A stretch of 64,000 bases of DNA from Nemertoderma westbladi (taxonomy: Eukaryota > Animalia > Xenacoelomorpha): assembly GCA_032718475.1 (NCBI GenBank), contig JAUCBJ010002722.1, positions 1-64,000 of the forward strand, in the 5' to 3' direction. Position 1 is the stretch's first letter; every line of letters begins with the position of its first letter. The notes beneath the pieces were generated by a model, which saw nothing but the letters and a program-made list of their open reading frames with translations, did not search any database and was not told the DNA's origin. This document shows, in pieces, positions 50,495 through 64,000 of this stretch. Position numbers and translations under genes: made by a program.

Positions 50495-53400
50495 ATGGCT
50501 ACCAGTTCCAGTACTGGTACACTGCGAGCCCCAAAGTTATTACCGCTCTCCAAAACCGAAAACATTAACACATTCGAAACATGGAGACAAACACTTACAT
50601 ACATATTGGCTCTGGACAAAGAATTCGCCCCGTTCACACTGGACACAGCGCAATGGGAAAAGAAATCTCGTGCCCATCCACATAGAGGTTTGGTTGATGA
50701 TGGAAACTCAATTCCTACCGAGAAACGACGGACAGCAGAACAAAAAGTCGCAACGCTAGATCTTCTACTGGGGCAAATTGCGAACTATGCCCCGGTTATA
50801 TCCCGCAATACCATTGTCAGAGACTCCACCTCATTAACCTCTATCTGGCAACAACTACGCCTACACTACGGATTTCAAACCTCTGGCGCCCATTTCATTG
50901 ACTTGGTCTCCATCAAACTTGAGCATGAAGAGAGGCCTGAAGATCTCTATCAACGACTCGTGGCTCTCATTGACGATAACCTACTGAAACAAGGCAGCGG
51001 AATTAGCCATCATGGCACAATCGTAGTTGAAGATGAGGAGCTGTCACTGTCTATGGAGAACTTTATTGTCCTCACATGGCTATGTTTGATACACTCTGAC
51101 TTACCGAAATTAGTCAAGCAGCGCTATGGGACGGAACTTCGCTCAGAACATTAGCGTCTATTAAACCAGAAATTTCACAAGCACTTACATCTCTCCTTGA
51201 TGAGTTACATTCAGGTGAAGAAATCCGGACCTTCCGCTCATACATTCCACCAGCTTATCCCAGTAGGGCCAACTCGCGCTCTAACCAACCTATGCGACCC
51301 AACACTCCGCAATCCGTGAATCAAACCCGTCATGTTCGTCAACCTCCAAATAAAAAGTGTCCTTTATGTCAACAAACTCGCCGTACCGACTTCAACCACT
51401 TCCTTAGCCGATGTCCTTTCCTTCCTGAACAGGATAAACGCTTCCTTGTGCGGGCACGTTCCATCACCATTTCCAACGATCCTCTCACAACCGAGGAGTT
51501 GTTCGAATCCGATTCTACCTTTAATAACAACCCGACCTTGGAAGACTATTTGGGTCCAGCGCATGATCCACATATTTCGAGAGTTAGTGTAATTCGTTCT
51601 CCATACTTGGATGTTACATACAATGAAGATAAACTACGTGTAGTCTTAGATTCTGGGGCAGAAACAAATTTAATTCTCGCATCCTTAGCAAGAAAACTCA
51701 ATGTTCCTATATACCCAAATGTAACCCAAGTGCCATCTCAGGCAGATGGGGTATCGGAAATGGGAGTGGTTGGTGAAACTACATTGATTTTTACTCATGG
51801 TAGGTTTTCATTTGAATTTAATGCACTAGTTGTTCAGAAACTTGGAACTGAAATCATTGCAGGTACACCCTTTTTGACTCAAAATAATATTACTGTACGT
51901 GCTGTACATTGTTTAGTTACCTTTTGTGATGGCTCTAGCTTTCAATACACTACTGTAGGGTGTGTAGGCCAAGGAAATGACCCAACAGTCCGAGTTGTTT
52001 CCTCTGTGATACGTGCTCCCCCCATATCTACTACAGTGTGGCCCAATGAGTGTCTAGAACTACCTCTCCCAAGTTCCCTATTAAAATTTAATGATATTTT
52101 TATAGAACCTCACTATACTTATACCACTAGTGACTCATCCCCTTGGCTCAGTCCAATGATGTTACCTATTAGTAATAATAGAGTGCGTATACCAAACTTA
52201 CAGCCCCACCCAGTCAGAATTCAACGCAATAGTCACATTTGCATTGCCACGGCATCGATCCCTGCCTCCAAGGCAGAACAGTCAGTCTGTCCCAAGAATT
52301 TTGACAGTCTACACCCAAAGCTGATATATCCATTGCCAAACTCTCTGCCATTGACATTGACTCAGATAACATGCTCAATGCGAATGAATGCCAGTTGCTA
52401 GAAGATACAACAGGCCGCCATAGCATTGTCTTTCAAGGTGATCTCCCAGGTTATAATGGGGCAGTAGGACCCTTCCAAGCCGTTATAAACATGGGCCCAG
52501 TTCAGCCCCCACAACGCAAAGGACATATATGGCCGCAAAAGCTTATTAGATCTGCAAGCAAAGTTTGATGAACTCGAAAATCTTGGTGTCTTTACAACCC
52601 CAGAGCTGGCCAATGTGTCCGTTGAATATCTCAATCCATCTTTCTTAGTTAAGAAAACAAGAGGAGGTCATCGCCTAGTCACAGCCTTTGCAGACGTCGG
52701 TCGCTATGCCAAACCTCAACCATCCCTGATGCCAGATGTAAACTCAACGTTAAAAGCAATTGCTCGATTCCGTTACCTCATTAAAACTGACCTAAGTATG
52801 GCCTTTTACCAAATTCCACTTCAGCAGGAGTCCATGAAGTACTGTGGAGTGGTCACACCATTCCGCGGAGTACGGGTCTATAAACGGTCAGCTATGGGCA
52901 TGCCGGGCAGTGAAACTGCTCTTGAGGAGCTAATGTGCCGAGTGTTGAGTGACCTACTTGTTAAAGGCATCGTTGTTAAAATTGCAGATGACCTCTACTG
53001 TGGTGGAGATACCATAAATGAACTTTCTGATAATTGACAGCTCTAGAAAAGTGTGATCTTCGTTTATCCCCCTCAAAAACAACAATTTGTCCCAAAACAA
53101 CTACTATATTAGGTTGGGTTTGGTCAAACGGCACTCTCTCTGCTTCTCCCCATATTACTTCTGCACTTGCTACATGTGTTCCCCCCACAAGGATTACAGG
53201 ATTACGATCTTTTATTGGTTCTTATAAAACACTCGCACGAGTTCTACCACAATGCTCTAGGTACATTGGACCATTAGATAACTTCATATCTAGCAGTTCA
53301 TCTTCCAAACCACTCAATTGGTCAGATGAAATGATTACCGTATTCAGACGTGCCCAAGCAGCTCTTAAAAATTGCAAACATATTGTCTTACCACGCCCCA

Positions 53401-55268
53401 GTGATGAGCTCTGGTTGTTGACAGATGCTGCATCCAGCACAGATGGCCTTGGTGCAGTATTGTATAGTCGAAGGGAGAACAAACTGCAAATCTCAGGCTA
53501 CTTTTCAGCCAAGCTACGCCAACACCAAAATATGTGGTTGCCCTGCGAACTTGAAGCCCGCGCTATATCAGCTTCGACAAACCATTTCGCCCCATATTTA
53601 ATCCAATCCATTCATCGCATTAGAGTTCTCACGGATAATAAACCATGTGTAGAAGCTTATGAGAAGCTATGTCGTGGACTATTTTCGTCTAGCCCAAGAG
53701 TCTCTTCCTTCCTATCAACAGTGAGCCAGTATCAGGTTAAACTCATTCATCTTCCTGGTGCTTCAAATCTAGCCGCTGACTTTTCTAGCAGAAATGCCCC
53801 TAGTTGTACTGAATCGAATTGTCAAATTTGCAAATTCATTGCTAGCTCTGTAGACTCCCCATTGATAAGACACACATATAGTAACCTCATCCATAAGAAT
53901 CGTATTTACACAAGTACTGATACCACAGGAAGTGATAATTGCAGTGCCATATACACTACTACAGTATCTTCTAATATAATGCATGTGCAGGATAATGAAC
54001 ATCCAGTCTATACAACTCGTTCAGCATGGTTTGATACCCAGAATGATTGTTCAGACCTACGCCGTGTACATGCACACTTGATTCAAGGCACACGGCCATC
54101 CAAGAAAGTTACCTCTCTACGTGATGTGAAACGATACCTTGGCGTGGCCTCTCTTTCAAAAGATTGTCTCGTAATTGTCCATCATGAAGAACCTTTTGTA
54201 GCCACGAAAGAATTAATAGTTGTTCCAAGATTTGCACTCAAAGGTCTTCTCATGGCCCTACATCTCCAACTTGGCCGTCCATCTTCTTTCCAATTAAAGA
54301 AAGTGGTCTCTCGGTATTTTTATGCCTTGGATTTGGAGTCATCCTTGGGATCTATCGCTCCCTCCTGCCATCAGTGTGCTTCATTACAACATGCTCCAAA
54401 ACGAGTCATACCACAGGCATCAGAGCCTCCTGTTGATGCAGTAGGTGTATCGTTTGCTGCTGACATAATTCGCCAACATAAACAAGTGCTATTAGTGTTA
54501 CAAGAGACCTCAACATCATTCACTTCTTCTTGTCTATTAACCGATGAACGTTCAGACACAATTCGTGATGGTTTAATACATCTTTCTGTTGGATTACATC
54601 CACTTGGTGGTCCACCTGCAGTTATCCGTGTTGATCCAGGTTTCAGTGCCCTTGTCAATAATAGCATTCTCTCTCAGCATAACATCAAAATTGTCATTGG
54701 CCAACATAAAAACACTAATAAAAACCCTGTAGCAGAGAGGGCAATCCAAGAGCTTGAATATGAATTCTTAAAATCTGATCCCTCAGTTGGTCCCATAACC
54801 CCAACATTCCTTGCACTAGCAGTTGCTCAGTTAAATTCCCGTATCCGAAGCCCAGGTTTTTCATCACGTGAGTTGTTTATGCAACATGACCAATTTGATA
54901 ATTCTCAGCTTCCAATCTGTGATTATAACATCATCCAGTCTCAGCATCAGCGACGTCACAATAATCATCAACCAAGTGCTGAGTCTAAGGCACCCCGAGC
55001 TAAACATTTTGAAACTCCTAAAATAGAGAGAGGCGACCTGGTATACCTTTACGGAGACTATAACAAGACTCATGCACGATCTCGTTACTTAGTTACAGAA
55101 ACTGAAGGGACTTGGTGTTACCTACGCAAATTCACGAGCAACCAGTTCAGAAAACGAAGCTATAAAGTTGCGATGTCTGAATGCTATAAAGTCCCTCACA
55201 TGAGATCAGAACACCAAGCTACACCAACTTCACACTATAATATAATTCTTCTAGCGACAGTGAAGTAG
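50495..55268 (+). pseudogene. Gypsy gag-pol polyprotein gene with several frameshifts
   Basis: CPLC..H....C knuckle, VLDSGA protease, [14 protein letters not shown] / MGMPGS / KIADDL, RNase H LTDAA..CELEA..TDNKP, integrase AADII..RVDPG..NPVAERAI; split across five ORFs. Confidence 0.9.
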
Positions 55269-56392
55269 ATGATACCATAGCACCTGAAACTCACTCTCAC
55301 TCTCAGTCAGGCGAAAGGAGCATAGACACTCCCGAACACCCAGCAATCGGTGTCCCAAATGAGCAATTCGAAGACAGTTCGATTTCCACTCATCCCAGTA
55401 GCGACCTTACATCACCCCCCACAAACTCAACAACCTTCGTCGCTCTGTAAGGCTCTGAAAGCCCCCAAAATATTTAAAAGATTACGACCTTGGTTAAGTT
55501 AGCGAAATTAACTCCCCATCTATAATCCATCCCTACAGGTGTAAAGTGAATGTGAATAGTCAATACATTTACTAAGTCAAACTTTGTACCTATATATATA
55601 TATACAGTACCTTATGTATACATTATTTGAACCTACATATCTAAGTTGTTGGAGGTGGTGATGGTACTTTGCCCTTTTTTTTAGAATGAAAGTAGTATTT
55701 CTATTGTTCATTTATTAATTATAAGTATTATTTTTTTTGCACTTATTATGCGCGTATTTCAAAAGAAAGAAAAAGTAGTTGCGCCAGTATATGTACTGTT
55801 ATAGCTTGACTTTGTACTGGACCTAAGTCCATGTTAATCCCCTGTCTGTTGTCCTACTGACCTACCGGTATCCTATTCAGTGTTTGGTATTTGGTGTCTC
55901 AACTGCGTTGTTTTACCTATTAGCAATATATATATGCATATCGTTTACCGCATCAGTTGATCCTGTTATTTCTGTATTTACCTATCTGGCTGATGATTGG
56001 CGCAGTACATTGTTTATTTAATAAAATTTTATAATTATTAAAGCCATGACCCTTTAAATAGGGGTTATCTTGGGAGCATGCAATCTCAATACTTATTTGG
56101 TCGATACAAACTATGTTCCAACATGAACCCAAACAAAGAAAACACGAATTAGCTCATCGACCAAAATGAAAAAATAAAAAAAAATAAATGAAAAAAAAAT
56201 AAAATAATAATTTGTAAAAAATAAGTTGTAATAAAAAAATGAAAAATAAAAAAAAGCTAAAAAAATCAAAATATAATAATTTGTTAATTTGAAAAAAATA
56301 AGTTTTAATAAAAAAAAATAAGTTTTAATAAAAAAAATAAATAAAAAAATAATTTGTTAATTTGTAAAAATAATTTGTTAATAAGTTGTGGT

Positions 56393-56418
56393 CAGTGGCG
56401 TAAATTCTGGGGGGGGGG

Positions 56419-56453
<35 letters not shown>

Positions 56454-57981
56454 GGGGGGGGTCTGGGCCCCCCCACTTATTGAAAAGTTGGTTCAGAACC
56501 CCCACCCCCACTTTTTCAGTGGTGGATCCACAGGCTAAATTCGAAATTAAATCTAAACTCTAAACTGAACTAAAAATCTAAACTTTAACCTAAACAATTG
56601 CCACTAGATAGAGTACCGTACACAATACAATTTGTATACTGGTATGTGGTTAAATTTGAATTGAATAAATATCTGGAAAACTGAGATTCATGTTTCAGAG
56701 TGGTGTACAGTACGATATTAGGCCGAATAAATACTGATATAAACATGAGTAAAAGGAATTCACAGAAAAAGTTGGAAGCGTTTTGGGTGTCAAAGAAGAC
56801 GAAGCAAACGGCTTCGGAGATTGCTCCACTGGAAACTCCACAGGATACCGGTACCGAGTATGAGGCAGCTGCAATGGTAGTTTCCCCATCAGAATTGCCC
56901 ATACCCCCCCTCGACAATGAAGTTTCTACATCAACTGTTCCAACAGTTGCCACTGCTGGAACGATGTCTATTCCAAACCACCCTAATCATCCTGCAGACT
57001 GTAGCACGCTTCCTGTTCGTGAGGTGTCTTCAGGAAAGAAACTTCGCTTTCAAATATCATGGTTTGATAAATATCCTTGGCTTCACATCCAGGAAGGTGT
57101 CGTAGGGGTCCTTTGCCACAGCTGCGCACTAGCAGCTGTACATGGTATTGTGGACTTGGTGAAGAAGTACTCAGAAAATGCTTTTGTCGACGTGGGTTTT
57201 AGTAACTGGAAGAAAGCCCTGGATTCGTTCAAAGATAACGAGAAATCACATTCGCATCGATTTGCAGTTCAACAGCTAGCCCAACAACAAAGCAGTACGA
57301 CAGTGACAGAGCAAATCCAGCAGAATATTCGGCGACAGAATACAGATGCTTTGGTCAGTTTGACGAAAATGATATCCACGCTGCGGCTGTGTGCTTGGCA
57401 AGGACTTGCACTGCAGGGTCACAAACAAAGTACTGGCAACTTCCTGGTAAATACTGCGACTAAGGGCGGAAGATGTCCCTGAACTGAAGTGCTTCTTGAA
57501 GAGGGTTACTGATTATACAATTCTGGTGATTCAGAACGAAATTGTTGACATGATGGCTCATGACATCTTACGGCCAATATTATGCCATAATAGCAAATGG
57601 CATTCAGGATATTACAGGCATGTTTGTAATTAGTATGTTCGAGTTGTAATTTCTAATTTGCTCAATTTGTAGGATAGAAGTTCCAATATTACCAGAAGTT
57701 TAAGATACTGTACTTGTCTGAATGTCCATCTGTCTGACCGTCAATGAAGAAGAAAAGACTGAACAGTATTGCTGTCTGCCATGTACATCAGAATTTACTA
57801 GACCAGATAGACATTGAACTATTGGCATGAAACTTTGCATTGGCCAAAGAGAATAGGAAGTCGTTGTTCTTTTGAACCTTGTCTCTATGTACCAAATTAG
57901 AAATTAGAAGCCCAAAATAGAATTTTTATTTTTGAAAATTTTCGGACCCCCCCCACTTTTTGAGTCAGATTTACGCCCTTG
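56393..57981 (+). mobile_element. Internally deleted hAT DNA transposon
   Basis: 8-bp TSD GTTGTGGT (56385-92, 57982-89); imperfect TIRs CAGTGGCGTAAAT / ATTTACGCCCTTG. Confidence 0.9.
56745..57482 (+). pseudogene. hAT transposase N-terminal fragment (TTF-type zinc finger / ZMYM1-like DUF4371 region)
   Basis: RFQISWFDKYPWL..CHSC..GFSNWKKA..H..QGLALQGH..GNF; the catalytic core is missing. Confidence 0.82.
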
Positions 57982-58949
57982 GTTGTGGTGTTAATAGAGA
58001 GAAACTTAGTTAGCTCTGCGCTCATGAAACGCATTCCAAGTAGCTGACCCCATAGTTCTTCATGAATCGAAAGCAGTGCTGCAGTGTATAGTGCATTAGT
58101 GCTATAACTGCTGAACCAATAGTATCGGTAACTCGATGATGTAATATTGTTAACCATTATCTGATTACGAATTCTGTGACTTCTTTGCAACTACCCTGAC
58201 AGCAGTAACTCATAATGTTGCTATTGAGCCTCACTTGCAGCTAATCACTTGTGAGCAGCAATTCAGCCTTCGCTCAACCTCAACAGACAAACTTGATGTG
58301 TCCTGTTGCGGGTTTTGTGGATCTCATTATCAAAAGACATTCCTCGATTTCTCGGTATTCAATCCCATGACTCAGTTGAATGCCACCATGACCCTCGAGT
58401 CACAACAACCCAGTTTATCAAACATCTTGGAATTCTGCTGTCAGAGAAGCACGAGATGCCTTACTTGGAGTGCGTCCACTGTGTTTATCGGGAAGTGAGC
58501 TTTGCCCTTCTCCATGCTGGCTGGCCTAATATGTCTCCAAGGTACACGCTCTGCTCGATCTTAAAAAGAAACTACAGTATTAATGGCTTCAAACAATAGA
58601 GAGAGGGGAGAAAGTGAATCAGATGTAGAAAACGAATCACCGACAATTACATTTCGAAGAAGTGGAGGAACAGAGTCACCTACAGCCATTCAGTCGTGAT
58701 GGAAGAAGATTTGTTGAAACAACACCAGTATCTCAGCGAGGAGAAATCAATTAAGAAAATGTATACAGTAAGTACAGTACCCGAGCTATGAGCAAAGTAG
58801 AATTACAAATGCCTAGTACTGGTACTAATGCCGTACAGTATTTGGATAGGTCTAATAATAGAACATATAGGCCTAATACGAGTGGGGGTGTACAGTATTT
58901 CAATCAGTCAGTCGTATAACGATCATGATCGTACATATCGCAATGATAA

Positions 58950-61900
58950 TTGGAGAATACCATTACCTGAACACGAACATAATTATCTAGAATAGGAGGA
59001 TAATATAGGCCTAGGACCCACCTCCAATACTATTAAGCCCCCGATATTTACTGGTCAAGATAGTGATGGCGACATTGAAGTGTTTCTGAATAAATTTGAG
59101 AGAGTGGCAAATGCTAATAACTGGAATGAACAAAAGCAGAGTCGCATTCTTCCAGCATGCCAAGAAGGTAGAGCATGTCTTTGGTTTGATCAACACGTAG
59201 CTAGATTGAGTAAATTAAATTACAGAAAATTAAGGGAGGAATTGATGGACAGATTTCTGAGTAACGAAACACAATTTGAGAAATACGGAGAATTTCTAAA
59301 CATAAAAGAAGCCTTTCTGCACAAATGCCTGATGAATTTTATCACCAAGTCAGGGATAGATTTTTACATGGCCTTCAACCGGTATTATGATCACGAGTTA
59401 TAGAAAGAACAGACAGGATCTTGCGATGAGATAGAAAGAGTATTGTCAGAAGCCAAGAGAGTTGAGGCTACAATACGTAGTGAAAAACCAGATCTTGCAT
59501 TACCCTTTACTAGACAAGAGTTAACGACAGTATTGGAGGAGCACTTAGCAGAGGCAGATTTAACCTGAAATCAGGTTCGAGATGTAGAGTTACGTAGGTT
59601 ACAAAATGCCATTGAACAGTTGAATAGACGAGTACAAGGAGTATCTCTAGGCAGCAACAATAGGTTTGTAGATAGGGAGAGTCTCAGGCAAGGGAGTATC
59701 AAAATAGAAACCATTACCCCCAACATAATAATTATAATTATGCATGAGAGCCATTAAGGGATGCTTCCCAAGTACGATGTTATCGATGTGATGGCATTGG
59801 TCATTTAGCTCGTGATTGTGTATCTACCTTCAAAGTTACAAAAGAAAATCAGGTACCTAGACCAAGAAATAACAAATTAACGAAACTATGTGTCTAGGCA
59901 ACATAGATACGGGCAGTAGAGTAACCATACTTACCAAACAAGTGGCAAATGAGATATTAGATTTGGAAGGCATTGAATATTGCGAAGATATGTTGGTAGG
60001 AGTAAATAATAATTTAATAGAAGTTTTAGGACAAGTAGAATTAGAGTTTGAATATAGAAAACAAAGAGAGGTGTCTCTAAATGTCTACATTGTAGATACT
60101 TTACCTATTGAGACAGGAATCATACTTGGGTTGGAATTACATAAATATCTCGGCATTAATATTATTTGGTCTGAAATACCAACTTTACTAACTGATCGCC
60201 CTATAGGCCTAAATATAACACGCTATCAACAAATTAATAATCAGGAAGAAAAAAGCAATTACCTATATCAGGAATTATATCAACTAAGTAAACCAGCAGA
60301 TACAATAATGCCAAGGAAAGATATAGATATATCTCACTTATCTGTTACCGGTAATTTTAACGATTTTCAAGCTGACTTATAAAGTTTTGCAGATGAGATA
60401 GAAATAGAGGAAATTAGTTACACGATCCAATCTGAAAGTTCTACGAGTTTACAAGATGGAGAAGAGGTAATCCTTCAAGGGTTTGATGATAAGGCACACG
60501 AGTTGGTTGGTGAGGGAGACCGACAGGAAGGAAGTACCGAGGTAAATGAATGGGGGAAGCTACTGAGAATTGTTCAAAACACATTTGATGATTCAGGTAC
60601 AGAAGATACAAATAGGAGTGGTGATTTTCGGAAAAGCGCTATACAGTGACAGAACTGGAAGCAATAGCAGTGTGGTGGGGAGTGAAACACTTCCATCAGT
60701 TTTTATTAGGGAATACTTTTGTTATTGTCACAGACCATTTAGCTTTAAAATGACTAATACTAAATAAAGAGAGTTCAGGAAGGCTAATTCGTTGGAGTCT
60801 AGCTCTGCAAGAATATCGCTTTACAGTAGAACACCGACCGGGCCGTTTACATGCGAACGTAGATGCCCTTAGTAGGAATCCTGTTGGTAGGAAGAGAGAA
60901 ATGATGAGTCAGATATACCGGGACCTATTATACAAGAATTTCAAAGTGACAAAGTAAAAATTAAGGGAGGAGGGAACTCCACAGAAAGTTAAGAAAAGAG
61001 AAAGAATGCAGAAAAAGTGGACCTAGATAAACAACATCCAGAAATAGTAGGAGTAACACAAGTATTAGGTAATCACGACAACTTACTATCCAAAGAAACC
61101 TGGCGCTAAAAGATTTAAATAGTGACCCAACATTAGAACAATTAATAAGAATCAAAAATAACCAACCAATAAGGTCCTCCGATCGGAGAAGTAGAGATAA
61201 AACAAATAAATCGTTTAGCACCACTAGTCGAAATGACGAAATGATAAGACGGGATGGTTGTATTTTACGCCCCCCCCCCCCCCCCCCCCCCCTTAAACAA
61301 GAGCATTTGTTGGTTATTCCAACCACAGCCAGATCAATGATATTAAAACAATTCCATAGCTCCTCGTTTGGAGGCCACTTTGCCTTTAAAAGAACTTACC
61401 ATAAAATTAGAGAACGTTACTGGTGGCCAGAAATGCGTAAAAATATTAAATCATATTGTGGCTCTTGTTTACCTTGTCAATTAGCCAAGCGCCCCAGAAC
61501 CAAATATGTTACACCATTACATCCTATACCAGCAGTCCCAGAACCATTTGATAGATGTCAAATGGATTTATTATGACCATTTCATGAGTCCATTAGCGGT
61601 AACAAGTACATAATGTTGTTTACTGACAGTTTAACTCGTTGGCCTGAGGCAAGGGCCATTTCAAAGTCAGCTCAGACTATTGCAAAAGCTTTTATAGCGA
61701 AGTTGTATCTAGACATGGTGCCCCAAGAATTTTGTTATCAGACCAGGATAGCAATAATATGTCATCATTATTAGAGTATGTTACTACTGTTAGGTACGAA
61801 ACAGAGTAAAGCAGTGATATATCACCCACAAACTATGGGTCTCGTAGAACGTTTAAATCAAACATTAGTAACAATGCTCAGCATTTTTGTTGATGAACAA

Positions 61901-62550
61901 CAAAATGAATGGGATAAATTTCTACCAGCTGTGCTATTAGCATACCGTACCACACTGCAAGAATCCCTGAAAGCAACTCCCTTTCAGTTGACATACGGAC
62001 ATACAGCGGTTATGCCTACAGATGCTATGCTACTGGCGGCTCGAAATAATATCTCACTTAATAACTATTCTAGAAACCTGGCAGAAGTATTAAGAGTCAA
62101 TCGAAAAAGGGCCATCGACAATTTAACTATCAGTAAAGAGAGACAAGCAAGGTCGTATAGCCAGCATAACAAAACAACATTGCCAGAATACGGAGTTGGA
62201 GATTACGTCCTTATAGAAAGAAAAAAATATCCTGCCAGATTATTACGCAAATTGTGTACGAAATATAGCAAACCATATAGAGTAATAGCCAAACTGATTT
62301 AGAACTCCACAGCGTAGGTCACATAGGAAATACGAAGATAGTTCATTCTAATATGGTGAAGTCAGAGAAGTTCAGTGAAAGCCAAGGCCTATTTAATTAT
62401 TCGTCAGAGTCAAGTGATCTTCCCGAAACATCAGAATCCATAGATATATGTAGTACGGAGGAGGATAGCCACTCAGGAAGACAGGATCACCTCTATGCAA
62501 GCAAAAAAGGCCATGGGCAGGATCACAACTATGCAAAGAAAAAGTAAAGC
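58950..62550 (+). pseudogene. Degraded Ty3/Gypsy relic (gag, protease, RNase H end, integrase; RT absent)
   Basis: FLNKFERVANANNW gag, CYRCDGIGHLARDC knuckle (~59778), IDTGS, GRLIRWSLALQEY..HRPGRLHANVDALSR, HSSSFGGH..CLPCQ and YHPQTMGLVERLN; no LTRs found. Confidence 0.82.
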
Positions 62551-62589
62551 AAATAATTTAGTAAACTAAATAAGTAAAAACAGAGATGG

Positions 62590-64000
62590 GGCGAGCCACG
62601 AAGTTGGCGGAGCCTTAGCGAATTGACACTGTTAGGGGGTGGGTCAATTTATGCAAATAGTTGTCGTCGTCGTTGTCGTCGTCGTCGTCGTTGTCGTCGT
62701 CGTCGTCGTTACGATTTTGACATGCTAATAACTTTGTCGGATTTAAAGCTGCCAAGTTGAAAATTTGTAGGTATCAATATGAGCAAAAGTTGAGATTTTT
62801 GAGAGACTTTCAGACACCATCAGTGCAATGGTCTCCCGCTAGAGGGCCACATGTCTAAACATTAAATGCCCTCCCATTTCTTTGCTTTTAATCCGTTTAA
62901 GCTGAAACTTGGCAGATATGTATTAGACCATTAGCTGTGACTTTCAAAGGAGGCGAATCCATCTGCAGTTCTCCAGTCTGCCGCTAGAGGGCCAAAGGTC
63001 TGAAAGTGAAATCGTTGTCGTCGTTACGATTTTGACATGCTAATAACTTTGTCGGATTTAAAGCTGCCAAGTTGAAAATTTGTAGGTATCAATATGAGCT
63101 AAAGTTGAGATTTTTGAGAGACTTTCAGACACCATCAGTGCAATGGTCTCCCGCTAGAGGGCCACATGTCTAAACATTAAATGCCCTCCCATTTCTTTGC
63201 TTTTAATCCGTTTAAGCTGAAACTTGGCAGATATGTATTAGACCATTAGCTGTGACTTTCAAAGGAGGCGAATCCATCTGCAGTTCTCCAGTCTGCCGCT
63301 AGAGGGCCAAAGGTCTGAAAGTGAAATCGTTGTCGTCGTTACGATTTTGACATGCTAATAACTTTGTCGGATTTAAAGCTGCCAAGTTGAAAATTTGTAG
63401 GTATCAATATGAGCTAAAGTTGAGATTTTTGAGAGACTTTCAGACACCATCAGTGCAATGGTCTCCCGCTAGAGGGCCACATGTCTAAACATTAAATGCC
63501 CTCCCATTTCTTTGCTTTTAATCCGTTTAAGCTGAAACTTGGCAGATATGTATTAGACCATTAGCTGTGACTTTCAAAGGAGGCGAATCCATCTGCAGTT
63601 CTCCAGTCTGCCGCTAGAGGGCCAAAGGTCTGAAAGTGAAATCGTTGTCGTCGTTACGATTTTGACATGCTAATAACTTTGTCGGATTTAAAGCTGCCAA
63701 GTTGAAAATTTGTAGGTATCAATATGAGCAAAAGTTGAGATTTTTGAGAGACTTTCAGATACCATCAGTGCAATGGTCTCCCGCTAGAGGGCCACATGTC
63801 TAAACATTAAATGCCCTCCCATTTCTTTGCTTTTAATCCGTTTAAGCTGAAACTTGACAGATATGTATTAGACCATTAGCTGTGACTTTCAAAGGAGGCG
63901 AATCCATCTGCAGTTCTCCAGTCTGCCGCTAGAGGGCCAAAGGTCTGAAAGTGAAATCGTCAAAAAAAAGTAAAAAAAGTAAATTTTCTTCGGCCACTAG
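62590..64000. mobile_element. Helentron/HINE-like non-autonomous element with (GTC)n microsatellite and central tandem array
   Basis: Short hairpins (gccacgaagttggc; aattgac...gtcaatt), (GTC)n at 62662-62709, four 315-bp repeats, and a terminus aaaagtaaattttcttcggcc that also occurs at ~39586-39608. Confidence 0.5.
62699..63960. repeat. Tandem array of four near-identical 315-bp units
   Basis: acgattttgacatgc recurs at 62711, 63026, 63341 and 63656. Confidence 0.97.

Larger units (their letters stand above)
49977..56002 (+). mobile_element. Full-length Ty3/Gypsy LTR retrotransposon with non-canonical termini
   Basis: 221-bp LTRs at 49977-50197 and 55782-56002 (4 mismatches); PBS at 50198; PPT at 55761-55778; CAG flanks both ends; domain order gag-PR-RT-RH-IN. 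Confidence 0.93.

Noticed and set aside
58050-58570. Minus-strand integrase relic (SDNG and PQNPQ-like words)
   Set aside because: Too degraded to support from sequence alone.

Overview
This is AT-rich eukaryotic (metazoan, probably invertebrate) genomic DNA made almost entirely of nested transposable elements. The left half is dominated by one family of non-autonomous BEL/Pao LTR retrotransposons that encode Gag and protease but no RT or integrase. Copy A is at 1-8232 (-), copy B is complete at 17519-29563 (+) with an ACAAT TSD, and a third, truncated 3' LTR is at 14667-15794 (-). These elements lack a tRNA primer-binding site. Instead the bases next to the 5' LTR pair, with a compensatory change, to a site inside the LTR, which is the geometry of Tf1-like self-priming. 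Copy B also carries an extra zinc-knuckle ORF. A 1.6-kb solo LTR (44395-45988, TSD AAAAC) holds six covarying hairpins with a kink-turn and cUUCGg loop, and sits upstream of the only host-like gene (a cysteine-rich membrane protein). Other elements are a Ty3/Gypsy element with CG...CG LTR ends and an apparent 3-bp TSD, a Penelope relic with hammerhead-bearing inverted pLTRs, piggyBac-type and hAT DNA transposons, several LINE/RTE fragments, degraded Gypsy relics and a 315-bp tandem array carrying CTCF-like motifs. All calls come from reading the sequence by eye; no database searches or folding programs were run.
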